Below, piece after piece: positions 18,395-27,849 of a DNA stretch of 38,151 nt. The notes under the pieces were generated by a model, which saw nothing but the letters and a program-made list of their open reading frames with translations, was not told the origin of the DNA and searched no databases. Position 1 is the stretch's first letter; every line of letters starts with the position of its first letter. A program made the position numbers and the translations under genes. The DNA is from Flavobacteriales bacterium (lineage in GTDB: Bacteria > Bacteroidota > Bacteroidia > NORP154), in contig DTRI01000094.1 in assembly GCA_012966015.1 (NCBI GenBank), forward strand, positions 1 through 38,151. Direction: 5' to 3'.

Positions 18395-18931
18395 TCAATC
18401 TTCTTTTTCAAGAGCGTAGAGGACACCTTCACCTACATCTACCTCATCATCTTCTTCTTCCTCTCTGGGGACTTCAAAATATTTCACAAAGGTCATTCCT
18501 GACTTTTCGATGACATTGATGGATCCCTTGTTTTCTGACATTACTGAAGCTACTATTCTAGTCAGTCCGAGCTCCTCAAACCCATATTTCAAACATGCTT
18601 TGGCAGCCTCCGTCGCGTAGCCATTGCCCCAATTTTTTCTGTACAGCCGAAAGCCAAGATCTATATCACCTGATTCTTCTGTTATCAGGCCACACCAACC
18701 GATGAACTCATTGGTCTCTTTAATGATGCAGGCCCACCTGCCCATGCCATCGTTTTTATAACGATCATAACCCTCTAGAAATACCCTTGCGTCATCAATA
18801 GAATCAAAAGAAGAGGCCTTACCAATATATTTGATCACCTCTGGATCTTGATTGAGATTGTACATATCTCGTGCATCCTCAACCGTGAGTTCCCGCAGAA
18901 TTAACCTGTCCGTTTCTATGATAACGCTCAT
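18395..18931 (-). CDS. GNAT N-acetyltransferase, RimJ/RimL family
   Basis: IETDRLILRE, FIGWCGL, WGNGYATEAAKA, ENKGSINVIEKSGM. Confidence 0.93.
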   Translation of the reverse strand: MSVIIETDRLILRELTVEDARDMYNLNQDPEVIKYIGKASSFDSIDDARVFLEGYDRYKNDGMGRWACIIKETNEFIGWCGLITEESGDIDLGFRLYRKNWGNGYATEAAKACLKYGFEELGLTRIVASVMSENKGSINVIEKSGMTFVKYFEVPREEEEDDEVDVGEGVLYALEKED

Positions 18932-19009
18932 TGTTTCAATGGATTATCTCGCTTGTTTCAATCCTGCCTACAGTTCGAATTTGCTCACTGAAACCCGGCA
19001 GGGCAGGCT

Positions 19010-19367
19010 TCCTAATTAGGTGCTGGCAACAGCATCTGGATACTTCAATCAATACCCAAAAATACGATCCTTAATCTAATGTTCAAATAGAATAATTCCT
19101 GATAGTGTGAGCCAAAATGTTCCCAGCTGCCAACCACTTTTTCAGACAAAGCACCCCTGCTGCATGGTGATACACAACATCGTATCTAAGTGCGCCCACT
19201 CTTGGATTTATGATATAACCGATCATGCCCAGATCATGCAGCAATATCAGTGTGGGAATTATCCACACTAAAAAATCCGTTTGTTCAACAAATATTTCAG
19301 ATAAAAGGAACTGATAAATGCTGCAGAAAAATGCCTATGGGATGGCTCATACTTTTAACAGTCGTCT
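19010..19367 (-). pseudogene. Degraded DUF4260-family membrane protein gene
   Basis: LLKV*...QFLL...LILLHDLGMIGYIINPRVGA..Y...HH in one frame, then after a frameshift DRIFGY*LKYPD...T*LG. These match the family's PDxxMxGY and DRxFGYGLKY..THLG motifs as I recall them. Confidence 0.7.
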
Positions 19368-19398
19368 ATTTGTTCTTCTGTCTTGCCCAACGCTATGC

Positions 19399-21012
19399 TC
19401 ATAAAACAATTATTTTTAAGCTTCCATTGACGTCCCCTGATTGGATTCTGAGAAAATACAGGGCAGGACGCAATTCAACTGACATGCTGCTGCCACTGAA
19501 ACCGCTCTGCCTGAAAACCACTCTTCCACGAATGTCTGTAATCGTGATAAAAGCTGCATTTACAATTTGATTGAATTGAACCCAGCCTCCTACAATGGGA
19601 TTGACCATGGTTATTGATTCAGCTTTTACACCTTCCATTTCGGAAAGAACAACAGTTGCACAAGAATCAGAATTGGAGTTTTGATCTTCGATGATCCCCT
19701 GAGGTGTGAGGTCCTTACCGACAAATCCAGCGTAGCTGCCAGGGTATTTTTCCGCTCTAAAAATCGTATTGTCACCCTGGGCAATGGTATCATATTGATC
19801 GAAAAAGCTGGCGCCAACTGGATTTTTGTAGGTCCACAAGTGATCCCCGTTTTTTGTGATTTCTGATACTTGCCCACGGGAAGATTCACATATTAAGAAG
19901 TTTCCATTGGGCAGTGGGAAAGCACCGCACTTCTTGCCCTCTAACATGGTTACACCGAAAAATGCTCCGTTCCAGGACCATTCAAAATCAGCAGGCAAAA
20001 ATCTATTTGTCTGCTTTTGATAGATACCACCTGATATTTCAGGGGTTATTAAATGAACTGAGCTGAACGTACCGGTACCATCGCCGCCATTGTTGTAAAC
20101 AGATATCTTATCAGCATCCAGGTATCCCGATTCCACCCATCTGCAATCATGTTGCAGGAATAACTGTTGATTGGAAGGGCCACCCTGTCTATAGATCTGT
20201 GGGTTCCCCCAACGCCAAAGGAAATCACCTCCCATATTTGCGTTTCCGCCCGTATGTCCCGCGGCTTCCGCAGTGGTGGTGCTGTGGTCTATGATGTATA
20301 TCTCGCTAAGATGTCTTGCCGAAATAATAATCTGATCCAGAGAAGGATTATAGTCCACAGCATTGACGTGGGTCCAATCACTGTTATGAGAACTGGGAAA
20401 GTTTAAATCGAGCAGTTCGGGGTGGTCTGCGACCACATCGTAATTGAGTTTTGTGCTATCGAGATCCTGAACGAAATGGTCTATGAATTTCCATTCCCAA
20501 ACCACACTGGCATCATTGGTTCCAATAGGCTGTAACTCGACCAGTTTATCCAGCTTGAAAACGGGGCCAACATTGCCTGAGTCTCTTCCCGCAGCAATAA
20601 TCTCCGCTTTAGTATAAGTATCGGTCAGCAAACAGAGTATGTTCCCATTAGGAAGTGGCTCAATATCGTGGTGCTGCCTCAGTCCATTGTCTTTCATAGC
20701 ATAGGACCAGAGTAAGGTATTGTCCCAATCCCGTAGCTCAAGAGAATCGGCGCCTGCACGGAGCAATGTCCCATCTTCCAACAGGTAGCATGTGGAGCCG
20801 GGTGTCTCAGAAAAATTCCATTGATTGACGATTTCTCCACAGTTGTCTATTAGGTACACATTGTTGTTCAGGCCGGGAGTAAACAGGGTGTATCCCTCAG
20901 AAGTATCTGCTTCAGCTAGAAGCAGGCCCAAATTGGGTGCTTGAGCATAGCACATCAGTTCAATGAGCAGGCTCGCAGACAAGGCAACTAATCTATGTGG
21001 ATACGAATTCAT
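19399..21012 (-). CDS. Aryl-sulfate sulfotransferase (ASST)-family beta-propeller with T9SS sorting domain
   Basis: EGYTLF, QHHDIEPLPNGN, DWTHVNAVDY, ISARHLSE, RWGNPQ.Y, QHD, FRAEKY. C-terminal ITDIRGRVV...ALYFLRI...KIIVL CTD. Confidence 0.85.
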   Translation of the reverse strand: MNSYPHRLVALSASLLIELMCYAQAPNLGLLLAEADTSEGYTLFTPGLNNNVYLIDNCGEIVNQWNFSETPGSTCYLLEDGTLLRAGADSLELRDWDNTLLWSYAMKDNGLRQHHDIEPLPNGNILCLLTDTYTKAEIIAAGRDSGNVGPVFKLDKLVELQPIGTNDASVVWEWKFIDHFVQDLDSTKLNYDVVADHPELLDLNFPSSHNSDWTHVNAVDYNPSLDQIIISARHLSEIYIIDHSTTTAEAAGHTGGNANMGGDFLWRWGNPQIYRQGGPSNQQLFLQHDCRWVESGYLDADKISVYNNGGDGTGTFSSVHLITPEISGGIYQKQTNRFLPADFEWSWNGAFFGVTMLEGKKCGAFPLPNGNFLICESSRGQVSEITKNGDHLWTYKNPVGASFFDQYDTIAQGDNTIFRAEKYPGSYAGFVGKDLTPQGIIEDQNSNSDSCATVVLSEMEGVKAESITMVNPIVGGWVQFNQIVNAAFITITDIRGRVVFRQSGFSGSSMSVELRPALYFLRIQSGDVNGSLKIIVL

Positions 21013-21070
21013 GTTCTCACGCTTGGTCTAATTTTCACTTCAGGTTCTTCTTTAATCTATTTTACACAAT

Positions 21071-21236
21071 TTATATCTTGGTTAATTTCCATTTCCCGGT
21101 TCTAAAAGCTATTATACACATAATAGCCAGCAATGATTGGGCGATGGCTATGGCGACAAAAACTCCTTTCGGCACCGTTGAAAGCCTGATTAATAACCAT
21201 TCCATAAGCGAAAGTAATATACCTGAAACGTGACAT
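21071..21236 (-). pseudogene. C-terminal remnant of a MATE-family efflux transporter with internal deletion/frameshift
   Basis: One frame gives YITFAYGMVINQAFNGA. A second frame continues PKGVFVAIAIAQSLLAIMCIIAFRTGKWKLTKI*. Both are typical of Bacteroidota MATE C-termini, and the intervening GDT.TP...LP.AY segment is missing. Confidence 0.65.
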
Positions 21237-21614
21237 TATTAATTATTCCCTTGTTTGTCGCTGCCAAAGATCGGGAAATAAAGCTGGATTTATACAAATC
21301 TAAATTGCTTAAGTCTTACGCTTAGATAAATATCCAGACCAAGCGTAATGAAGTGTTTCATAACTTCTATTTATACTGCATGATGAAGAGGTGGGCGCCA
21401 GTTATGAAAGTTGTGACCGGGCGGATGAAGAGCTACTTGTTGTTGGGCTTCAAAGCTTCGAAAATATGAACGGTTAAATGCAGGCTACAACAACTTACAA
21501 TACCAACGCACTGACCCAAAAAATGGCAGACGATGGATTTATCGAATCCATACAGCATTAAAAGGGCCCTCTCCTGAGCATCGGCTACGCTGCAATAACC
21601 ACCATCAGAATTAG

Positions 21615-21622
21615 TAGCTTTG
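21615..21622 (+). promoter_or_regulatory. -7 promoter element (TAGCTTTG)
   Basis: Exact TAnnTTTG match 19 nt upstream of the ATG at 21642. Confidence 0.55.
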
Positions 21623-21641
21623 GCGGATATTAGCTTTACGC

Positions 21642-22784
21642 ATGCAAATAATTGTAAAAACATTTCAAGGACTTGAAGAGGTGCTGGCGGAAGAGCTGAA
21701 GTTGCTGGGAGCAAAAAATATTGAACCCATCAAAAGGGCTGTTTCCTGCACAGGCGATTTAAAGCTTTTGTATAAGGCCAACCTGCATTTGAGAACGGCA
21801 TTGCGGGTATTGCTCACCATTTCGACATTTGAAGCCAAAGATGAAGAGGCATTATACAGGAACGTACATGATTTTGACTGGACGCAATACATTGATGAGA
21901 GCAGTACAATAGCCGTAGACGGCGTAGTATTTTCAGATCATTTTAAGCATTCTAAATACGTGGCACTCAAGGTCAAGGACGCCATAGTAGATAAATTCCG
22001 GGAAACGACCGGAGAGAGGCCATCCATTGATGTAAACAATCCTGCTTTACGCATTAACGTTCACATTTTTCAGGAGAAGGTGACCATATCATTAGACAGC
22101 TCTGGCAGCTCACTGCATATGAGAGGCTACAGAGCGAGTAATCAGGAGGCTCCATTGAATGAAGTGCTTGCAGCCGGCATGTTATTAGTGGCCGGTTGGA
22201 AACCGAACATTCCATTAATTGATCCCATGTGCGGCTCGGGAACAATATTGATGGAAGCCGGCATGATGGCTTATAACATGGCCCCCGCAATCAGGAAAAA
22301 GCATTTCGGGTTTATGAAATGGCGTGATTACGATGGAAAATTGTGGGAGCGGCTGCACAAGAAGGCGGAAGAAGCCATTGCCACACCTAAAGGTTCTATC
22401 AATGGATCGGACATTTCGGGTGAAGTATTGGACGTTGCCAAAGTTGCCACGCTGGATTTTAAGCTCAACTTCGGGATAAGGCTCATGAAAATGCCCTTCA
22501 ACAGATTATATCCCAAAACTGACCACGGCATGCTAATGCTCAATCCACCTTATGGCAAAAGAATCAAACCGGACGATATCAATGCGCTGTATAAAGACAT
22601 TGGTAACACCTTAAAAAGAACCTTTATTGGATTTGAAGCCTGGATTTTAAGCCCGAATGTTGAGGCACTAAAAAATATTGGCTTGCATCCATCTAAAAAA
22701 CACACCTTGTTTAATGGCCCGCTAGAATGTAAGTTCCAGAAATTCGAGATGTACGAGGGAAGTAAAAAGGTGGCAAAAAACTAA
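21642..22784 (+). CDS. THUMP-domain class I SAM-dependent RNA methyltransferase (RlmL-like, 23S m2G2445)
   Basis: KTFQGLEEVLAEEL, KDAIVDKFR, SLDSSGSSLHMRGYR, APLNEVLAAG, DPMCGSGT, NPPYGKR. Confidence 0.92.
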   Translation: MQIIVKTFQGLEEVLAEELKLLGAKNIEPIKRAVSCTGDLKLLYKANLHLRTALRVLLTISTFEAKDEEALYRNVHDFDWTQYIDESSTIAVDGVVFSDHFKHSKYVALKVKDAIVDKFRETTGERPSIDVNNPALRINVHIFQEKVTISLDSSGSSLHMRGYRASNQEAPLNEVLAAGMLLVAGWKPNIPLIDPMCGSGTILMEAGMMAYNMAPAIRKKHFGFMKWRDYDGKLWERLHKKAEEAIATPKGSINGSDISGEVLDVAKVATLDFKLNFGIRLMKMPFNRLYPKTDHGMLMLNPPYGKRIKPDDINALYKDIGNTLKRTFIGFEAWILSPNVEALKNIGLHPSKKHTLFNGPLECKFQKFEMYEGSKKVAKN

Positions 22785-22933
22785 ATTATACCCACAGCAA
22801 CATCTTATGTCATTTCTTTCTGCTTGTCATTCTGCTTGGGCCAGATTGCAATATTCTGAGGTATTAATGTTATTTTTATAGTCCTGAAGGCAGCGCTGAT
22901 AAAGAAAACAATCCACGTATTATCTTGTATCTC

Positions 22934-25510
22934 ATGAAAAAAACAGTCTATATTTTGTTATTCGTTTTCATCGTTTCAACTAATTACCTAACTGCACAGG
23001 TAATGATTAACGAATACTCAGCATCAAACCTCAGGAACTTTTTAGACAATAACTCAAAAACGGAAGACTGGATAGAGCTGTATAATCCTACAGGTGCAAC
23101 AATTGACCTGGGAGGAATGTATCTTTCAGACAAGCCGGGCAAACCAACAAAGTGGCTAATACCTTCAGGAATAACCATTCCAGCTGGTGGATTTGCAAGA
23201 TTTTGGTGTTCAGGAAGAGACACAATTGTCGGAACTGATTACCATACCAATTTCAAATTATCACAGACTACAGGTAAGGATTCCGTAGTTCTTTCGACGG
23301 TAACAGGGGTTATTTACGAGAAATGGCCTTTAACAATGACGTTAGTAGAACATTCCAATGCCAGATCAACTGATGGGAGTCCAACCTGGATGACCTGTAC
23401 CAACCCAACGCTGGGCTCATCCAACAATGCCGCTCCTATGTTTACGGGCTATGCGGCCGACCCTACCATGTCGTTGATCGGAGGATTTTATGCTGGAACG
23501 CAAACCATTACAATACAGACAACAGAACCTAATTCCATTCTCTATTACACAACGGATGGAACAGCCCCAACAACTGGTTCTACACAATATGTGTCGGCGC
23601 TTACCATTAGCAGCACGCAAATAGTTAAAGCACGGGTTTACAGCAATGACCCCCAGATTCTACCCGGACGGGTTGAAACAAATACTTACTTTATAGACGA
23701 TACGTTCAGCCTTGCAGTTATATCAGTAGGCGCAGATGAATTGCTCAATCTTGCTAATGCGGTAACAAGTGCCGCGATTCCGATCGGGTCCATAGAGTAC
23801 TTCGATATTAACGGACAACGGGTTGCAACTTCTTATGGTGATCTGAATAGGCATGGCCAGGACTCATGGGTACTTGATCAAAGGAGTATAGACTGGGTTT
23901 CTCGTGATGAGATGGGATATAGCAAAGCCATCTTCGCTCAACTTTTCCATTATTCGACAAGGGATGAATACCAACGTATCATCATGAGAGCATCTGGTGA
24001 CGATAATTACCCTGCACTTGAAGCACCAGCTATTTTCCCTGATAACGCACATACCGGAGCCACACATGTACGCGATGAATACGTTCACACACTGGCCCTG
24101 GAAGGCGGCATGAAAGTAGATGTTCGGGCAGTTGAACGCATCGTCGTCTATTTTAACGGCCAATATTGGGGTGTTTATGGTTTGCGGGAACGGCCAGTGG
24201 ACCACGACTACATCAAGGAGTATTACAATCAGGGTAAATATGATATACAATATCTATCTACCTGGGGAAATACAGAGGCAGAGTACGGAGGTATTACGGC
24301 TTTTTCAGACTGGGGGCTGCTGCGGAATTTTATATTGAACAACGATATGAGCCTGGCCAACAATTACCAGGTCTGCAAGGATAATATTCGACTTACAAGC
24401 CTGATAGACTACATGATTGCCAACCTGAATTCAGTTGCTAAAGACTGGTTGAATTATAATACCGGCTGGTGGAGAGGGCTGGACCCATCCGGCGATCATA
24501 AGAAATGGGGCTATATTCTTTGGGACAATGATGCCACGTTCGATTATTACATCAATTACACTCAAATCCCCAATAGTAACCCGAATGCAGAGCCCTGTGA
24601 TATTGATGATATAGCAGCTTATATGGATCAATTCTTTGACGACGGAAGCGGCAACAATGATGATGTAGGTAAGCACGAAAAGATATTCTTAAAGTTACAA
24701 GCGGAGAATCCGGAGTTTCAACAGCTCTACTATTCACGACAGGCCGATTTGATGAACACGGTATATACCTGCGACAACATGCTGAATACCATCGACAGCA
24801 TGGTTGCGACCATTGCTCCGGAGATGCCGCGACAAATAACACGTTGGGGTGGAAGCATGAGCGAATGGAATTCCAATGTAGCAGATTTGAGAAGCTTTAT
24901 TGAACAGCGTTGTCTCCTGTTAGACGACGGTATGGTCAATTGCTTTAACCTAACTGGCCCCTATCCGCTGACAATAATGGTAGAACCGGCTGGAGCAGGC
25001 ACAGTCGATCTCAACACACTTACATTGACAAACTTTCCCTGGACCGGGAATTATTTTGGGAATATGGATAACCTATTGGAGGCAATTCCTATCGGGGGCA
25101 ATTCCTTCATAGAATGGCAAACTACTTCTGGCAATGTAATAAGCCCTTCGACCGACAGTGCCAGCGCGAGGATCACCCTTATTCAGTCAGATACTTTAAT
25201 CGCGGTGTTTACTCCGCCAGTGGGAATATACAACCCCAAAGCAGGGTTTAGCTTTTCTTCCTATCCAGCAGTTGTGAATACGAACTTAATGGTTAAATAT
25301 GAACTGGATCAGGAAATGGATGTGAGCCTTAAGCTATATTCTTTATACGGTGTTGAGGTAGCTGATTTTCAGAATATCAAGGGACAAAAGGAATCAGGAA
25401 ATCACGAGGAACAGCTTAGCCTGAGCGCTGACCTGGCTCCTGGCGTGTACTTTCTTCAATTCCGTGCGGATGATGCGGAGCAGACCACGAAGATTGTTTT
25501 GGCGAGATAA
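22934..25510 (+). CDS. Secreted CotH-family kinase with lamin-tail domain, Fn3-associated domain and T9SS sorting domain
   Basis: Signal peptide ending LTA-Q. VMINEY..EDWIELYN (LTD). LYYTTDGTAPT. YFNGQYWGVYGLRE, DWLNYN and ILWDNDATF (CotH kinase motifs). LAPGVYFLQ...KIVLAR CTD. ATG at 22934 preferred over TTG at 22925. Confidence 0.88.
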   Translation: MKKTVYILLFVFIVSTNYLTAQVMINEYSASNLRNFLDNNSKTEDWIELYNPTGATIDLGGMYLSDKPGKPTKWLIPSGITIPAGGFARFWCSGRDTIVGTDYHTNFKLSQTTGKDSVVLSTVTGVIYEKWPLTMTLVEHSNARSTDGSPTWMTCTNPTLGSSNNAAPMFTGYAADPTMSLIGGFYAGTQTITIQTTEPNSILYYTTDGTAPTTGSTQYVSALTISSTQIVKARVYSNDPQILPGRVETNTYFIDDTFSLAVISVGADELLNLANAVTSAAIPIGSIEYFDINGQRVATSYGDLNRHGQDSWVLDQRSIDWVSRDEMGYSKAIFAQLFHYSTRDEYQRIIMRASGDDNYPALEAPAIFPDNAHTGATHVRDEYVHTLALEGGMKVDVRAVERIVVYFNGQYWGVYGLRERPVDHDYIKEYYNQGKYDIQYLSTWGNTEAEYGGITAFSDWGLLRNFILNNDMSLANNYQVCKDNIRLTSLIDYMIANLNSVAKDWLNYNTGWWRGLDPSGDHKKWGYILWDNDATFDYYINYTQIPNSNPNAEPCDIDDIAAYMDQFFDDGSGNNDDVGKHEKIFLKLQAENPEFQQLYYSRQADLMNTVYTCDNMLNTIDSMVATIAPEMPRQITRWGGSMSEWNSNVADLRSFIEQRCLLLDDGMVNCFNLTGPYPLTIMVEPAGAGTVDLNTLTLTNFPWTGNYFGNMDNLLEAIPIGGNSFIEWQTTSGNVISPSTDSASARITLIQSDTLIAVFTPPVGIYNPKAGFSFSSYPAVVNTNLMVKYELDQEMDVSLKLYSLYGVEVADFQNIKGQKESGNHEEQLSLSADLAPGVYFLQFRADDAEQTTKIVLAR

Positions 25511-25731
25511 GCCCTGTACCTTCCCCGGTAATAGTTCATCTCAATTGATACCTCAATTGCCTTTTTTAGTAAGTCTAACTTCTCGTCGATAGCCGTAGCC
25601 TCCATTGATTCATTAATCCAGTCCTTTACAATGTTACTATCAGAGATTGAATTGATGGTCTTCTCAATTTCTGAATAGCCATATAAAAATGACGATAGAA
25701 ACAGTATAAGCGTTGCGACAATATATTTCAT
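25456..25731 (-). other. Possible N-terminal fragment of an exported helical (TPR-like) protein
   Basis: ATG at 25731 gives a clean signal peptide MKYIVATLILFLSSFLYG and amphipathic helices, then the frame runs into the antisense 3' end of the CotH gene. Confidence 0.4.
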
Positions 25732-25773
25732 GACTGAAATGTAAGTAAAAAATGACATTTGAACCATATGTAA

Positions 25774-25781
25774 TACCTTTG
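25774..25781 (+). promoter_or_regulatory. -7 promoter element (TACCTTTG) directly before rlmN
   Basis: Exact TAnnTTTG match only 4 nt before the ATG at 25786. Confidence 0.6.
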
Positions 25782-25785
25782 TTGT

Positions 25786-26844
25786 ATGCAACCAAAATCT
25801 GATATCCTGCTCGTTTCCGTGGAGGAGCTAAAGAAATTTGTTGAGGCGAAGAATCACAAGACCTTCAGGGCCAAGCAAATTTATGAGTGGCTCTGGAAAA
25901 TCGGGGTGCGGTCCTTTTCGGAAATGAACAACATTCCTAAAGAGCTGATAAGTGAGCTAGACGGCCATTATGTTATACTCAGATTAGATATAGAAAGTAC
26001 TCAAAAAAGTGTTGACGGCACGATAAAAACAGCCTTTAAGCTTCATGATGACCACCTTATTGAAGGTGTGCTTATTCCAACATCTAAAAGAACCACGGCG
26101 TGTATTTCTTCTCAGGTAGGCTGTAGTATGACGTGTACTTTTTGTGCCACAGGAAGATTGGAAAGAAAGAGAAACCTCGAGGAATCAGAAATTTTTGATC
26201 AGGTAGTGGCCATTTCGCAACAAGCTAAAGAGCACCACGGTAAAACCCTGAGCAATATTGTTTACATGGGTATGGGTGAACCATTGCTGAATTATGCCAA
26301 CGTTCTGAAGTCTATCAAAAGAATAACAGATCCTAAGGGTCTTGGTATGTCGCCAAAACGTATTACGGTATCGACAGTTGGAATTGCCAAAATGATTAAA
26401 AAGTTAGGTGATGATGATGTGAAATTTAATCTTGCGCTGTCATTACACGCAGCAAACGATGAGAAGCGCAGCAAAATTATTCCTATCAATGAGCAGAATT
26501 CATTGGACACATTAAAGGAGGCCATCATTTATTTTCATGAAAGGACTGGAACCAGGATCACCTATGAATACATCATATTTAAGAATTTTAATGATGAATT
26601 AACAGATGCCCGTGAGCTTGCTGAGTTTTGCAAAATAACACCGTGTAAGGTGAATGTGATTGAGTACAACCCTATAGGTAATACGGAACTTTCACAGGCA
26701 GAAGCAAGAAAAGTAGATGCTTTTGTGGCGCACCTGGAGAGCAGGAACATCATTGTTAACGTGCGGCGCAGCAGAGGTAAAGACATAGATGCCGCATGTG
26801 GACAACTGGCCAATAAAGGTCATAAGAACAAGCAGGCCAATTGA
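25786..26844 (+). CDS. rlmN: Dual-specificity 23S rRNA/tRNA m2A methyltransferase (radical SAM)
   Basis: FRAKQI, CISSQVGCSMTCTFCATG (CxxxCxxC), NIVYMGMGEPL, LALSLHA, RGKDIDAACGQL. Confidence 0.97.
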   Translation: MQPKSDILLVSVEELKKFVEAKNHKTFRAKQIYEWLWKIGVRSFSEMNNIPKELISELDGHYVILRLDIESTQKSVDGTIKTAFKLHDDHLIEGVLIPTSKRTTACISSQVGCSMTCTFCATGRLERKRNLEESEIFDQVVAISQQAKEHHGKTLSNIVYMGMGEPLLNYANVLKSIKRITDPKGLGMSPKRITVSTVGIAKMIKKLGDDDVKFNLALSLHAANDEKRSKIIPINEQNSLDTLKEAIIYFHERTGTRITYEYIIFKNFNDELTDARELAEFCKITPCKVNVIEYNPIGNTELSQAEARKVDAFVAHLESRNIIVNVRRSRGKDIDAACGQLANKGHKNKQAN

Positions 26845-27145
26845 ACATAGTTGGTAGAGGTAAATTATTAGTGGCACCGATACAACTAGTTATCGCAAGG
26901 GCGTAGCACTTGTAGTTTTTCAGCGCCCAAGGCTCCTGGAATAGAACGGCAGAAAATCATATAGAAGAGATTGTTTCATATTTATCCATACACAGGTACT
27001 GAGAAATTGAATTGCACCATCTTCCAGCGCTTAGCCGAAAGGGCGCATACAGGTCTTACAACATAACCAAGAGTTTTCAATACTGGAAATCCAAAATGTG
27101 TACATTTAGAGCCTATAAACTAAGTATTAAAAAACAGATTAGAGA

Positions 27146-27628
27146 ATGAGTATTGCGAAAAACAGTGTAGTAACAATGCATTACGCATTGAAGAATGACG
27201 GAGGCGATGACCTGGGAAGCTCTCATGGCCACGAACCTATGGCTTATCTTCACGGTAATGATAACATAGTTCCGGGATTGGAAAAGGAGCTGGACGGAAA
27301 GAAAGCTGGTGATAAGATCAATGCTGTAGTTTCACCAGAAGAAGGGTACGGTATTAGAAATGAAGACGGAATAAGAAAAATAGATAAAGCCAGATTTGAA
27401 GGTGATGAAGAAATAACGGTTGGCATGCAGATACAGGTAGATATGGAAGGAGAAGTATCTGTAGCAAGCGTAACTGATATTGACGAAAAGGAAATTACAC
27501 TTGACTTGAATCATCCATTGGCTGGAGAAACCTTACATTTTGAAATAGAGATTATGGGTGTCCGGGATGCAACAGTAGAAGAGCTGAGCCATGGACACGT
27601 GCATGGCCCTGGTGGACATCATCACTAA
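27146..27628 (+). CDS. slyD: FKBP-type peptidyl-prolyl isomerase with His-rich tail
   Basis: YLHG...IVPGLEKEL, SPEEGYG, DLNHPLAGETLHF, HGHVHGPGGHHH. Confidence 0.93.
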   Translation: MSIAKNSVVTMHYALKNDGGDDLGSSHGHEPMAYLHGNDNIVPGLEKELDGKKAGDKINAVVSPEEGYGIRNEDGIRKIDKARFEGDEEITVGMQIQVDMEGEVSVASVTDIDEKEITLDLNHPLAGETLHFEIEIMGVRDATVEELSHGHVHGPGGHHH

Positions 27629-27642
27629 TACCATAAACTAAA

Positions 27643-27683
27643 ATAAAAGAAAGGGAGAAATCGGCTGTACTGCCTTCTTCTCC
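27643..27683 (-). terminator. Probable intrinsic terminator on the minus strand (possibly bidirectional)
   Basis: Minus strand GGAGAA-gaa-GGC-agtaca-GCC-gat-TTCTCC followed by CTTTCTTTTATT. Confidence 0.55.
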
Positions 27684-27849
27684 TGAAAAATCAGGCATAA
27701 CTCCACACCCAAACACCCATCAAACAAGTGAAAGGTCTTACCCTTTCACACTGAGGGCTTAAATAATCTCAGATACCGCAAATCTCCCTATACATGCATC
27801 CACCTACTGGCGGAATGGTCAAAGGGCTTTACAACGCGGTGAAAAAAAG

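Noticed and set aside
19049-19051. In-frame TGA in the DUF4260-like remnant as possible selenocysteine, given selD nearby
   Set aside because: It replaces a Gly position, and the remnant also has TAA/TAG stops and a frameshift. No Sec machinery is visible in the window.
21300-21640. Coding-like but stop-interrupted stretch, and the 21433-21714 minus ORF
   Set aside because: Possibly another decayed gene, but I could not assign any family. The minus ORF overlaps the methyltransferase start.
26845-27145. 300-bp gap between rlmN and slyD as an ncRNA or gene remnant
   Set aside because: No convincing ORF, recognisable motif or strong stem found by eye.
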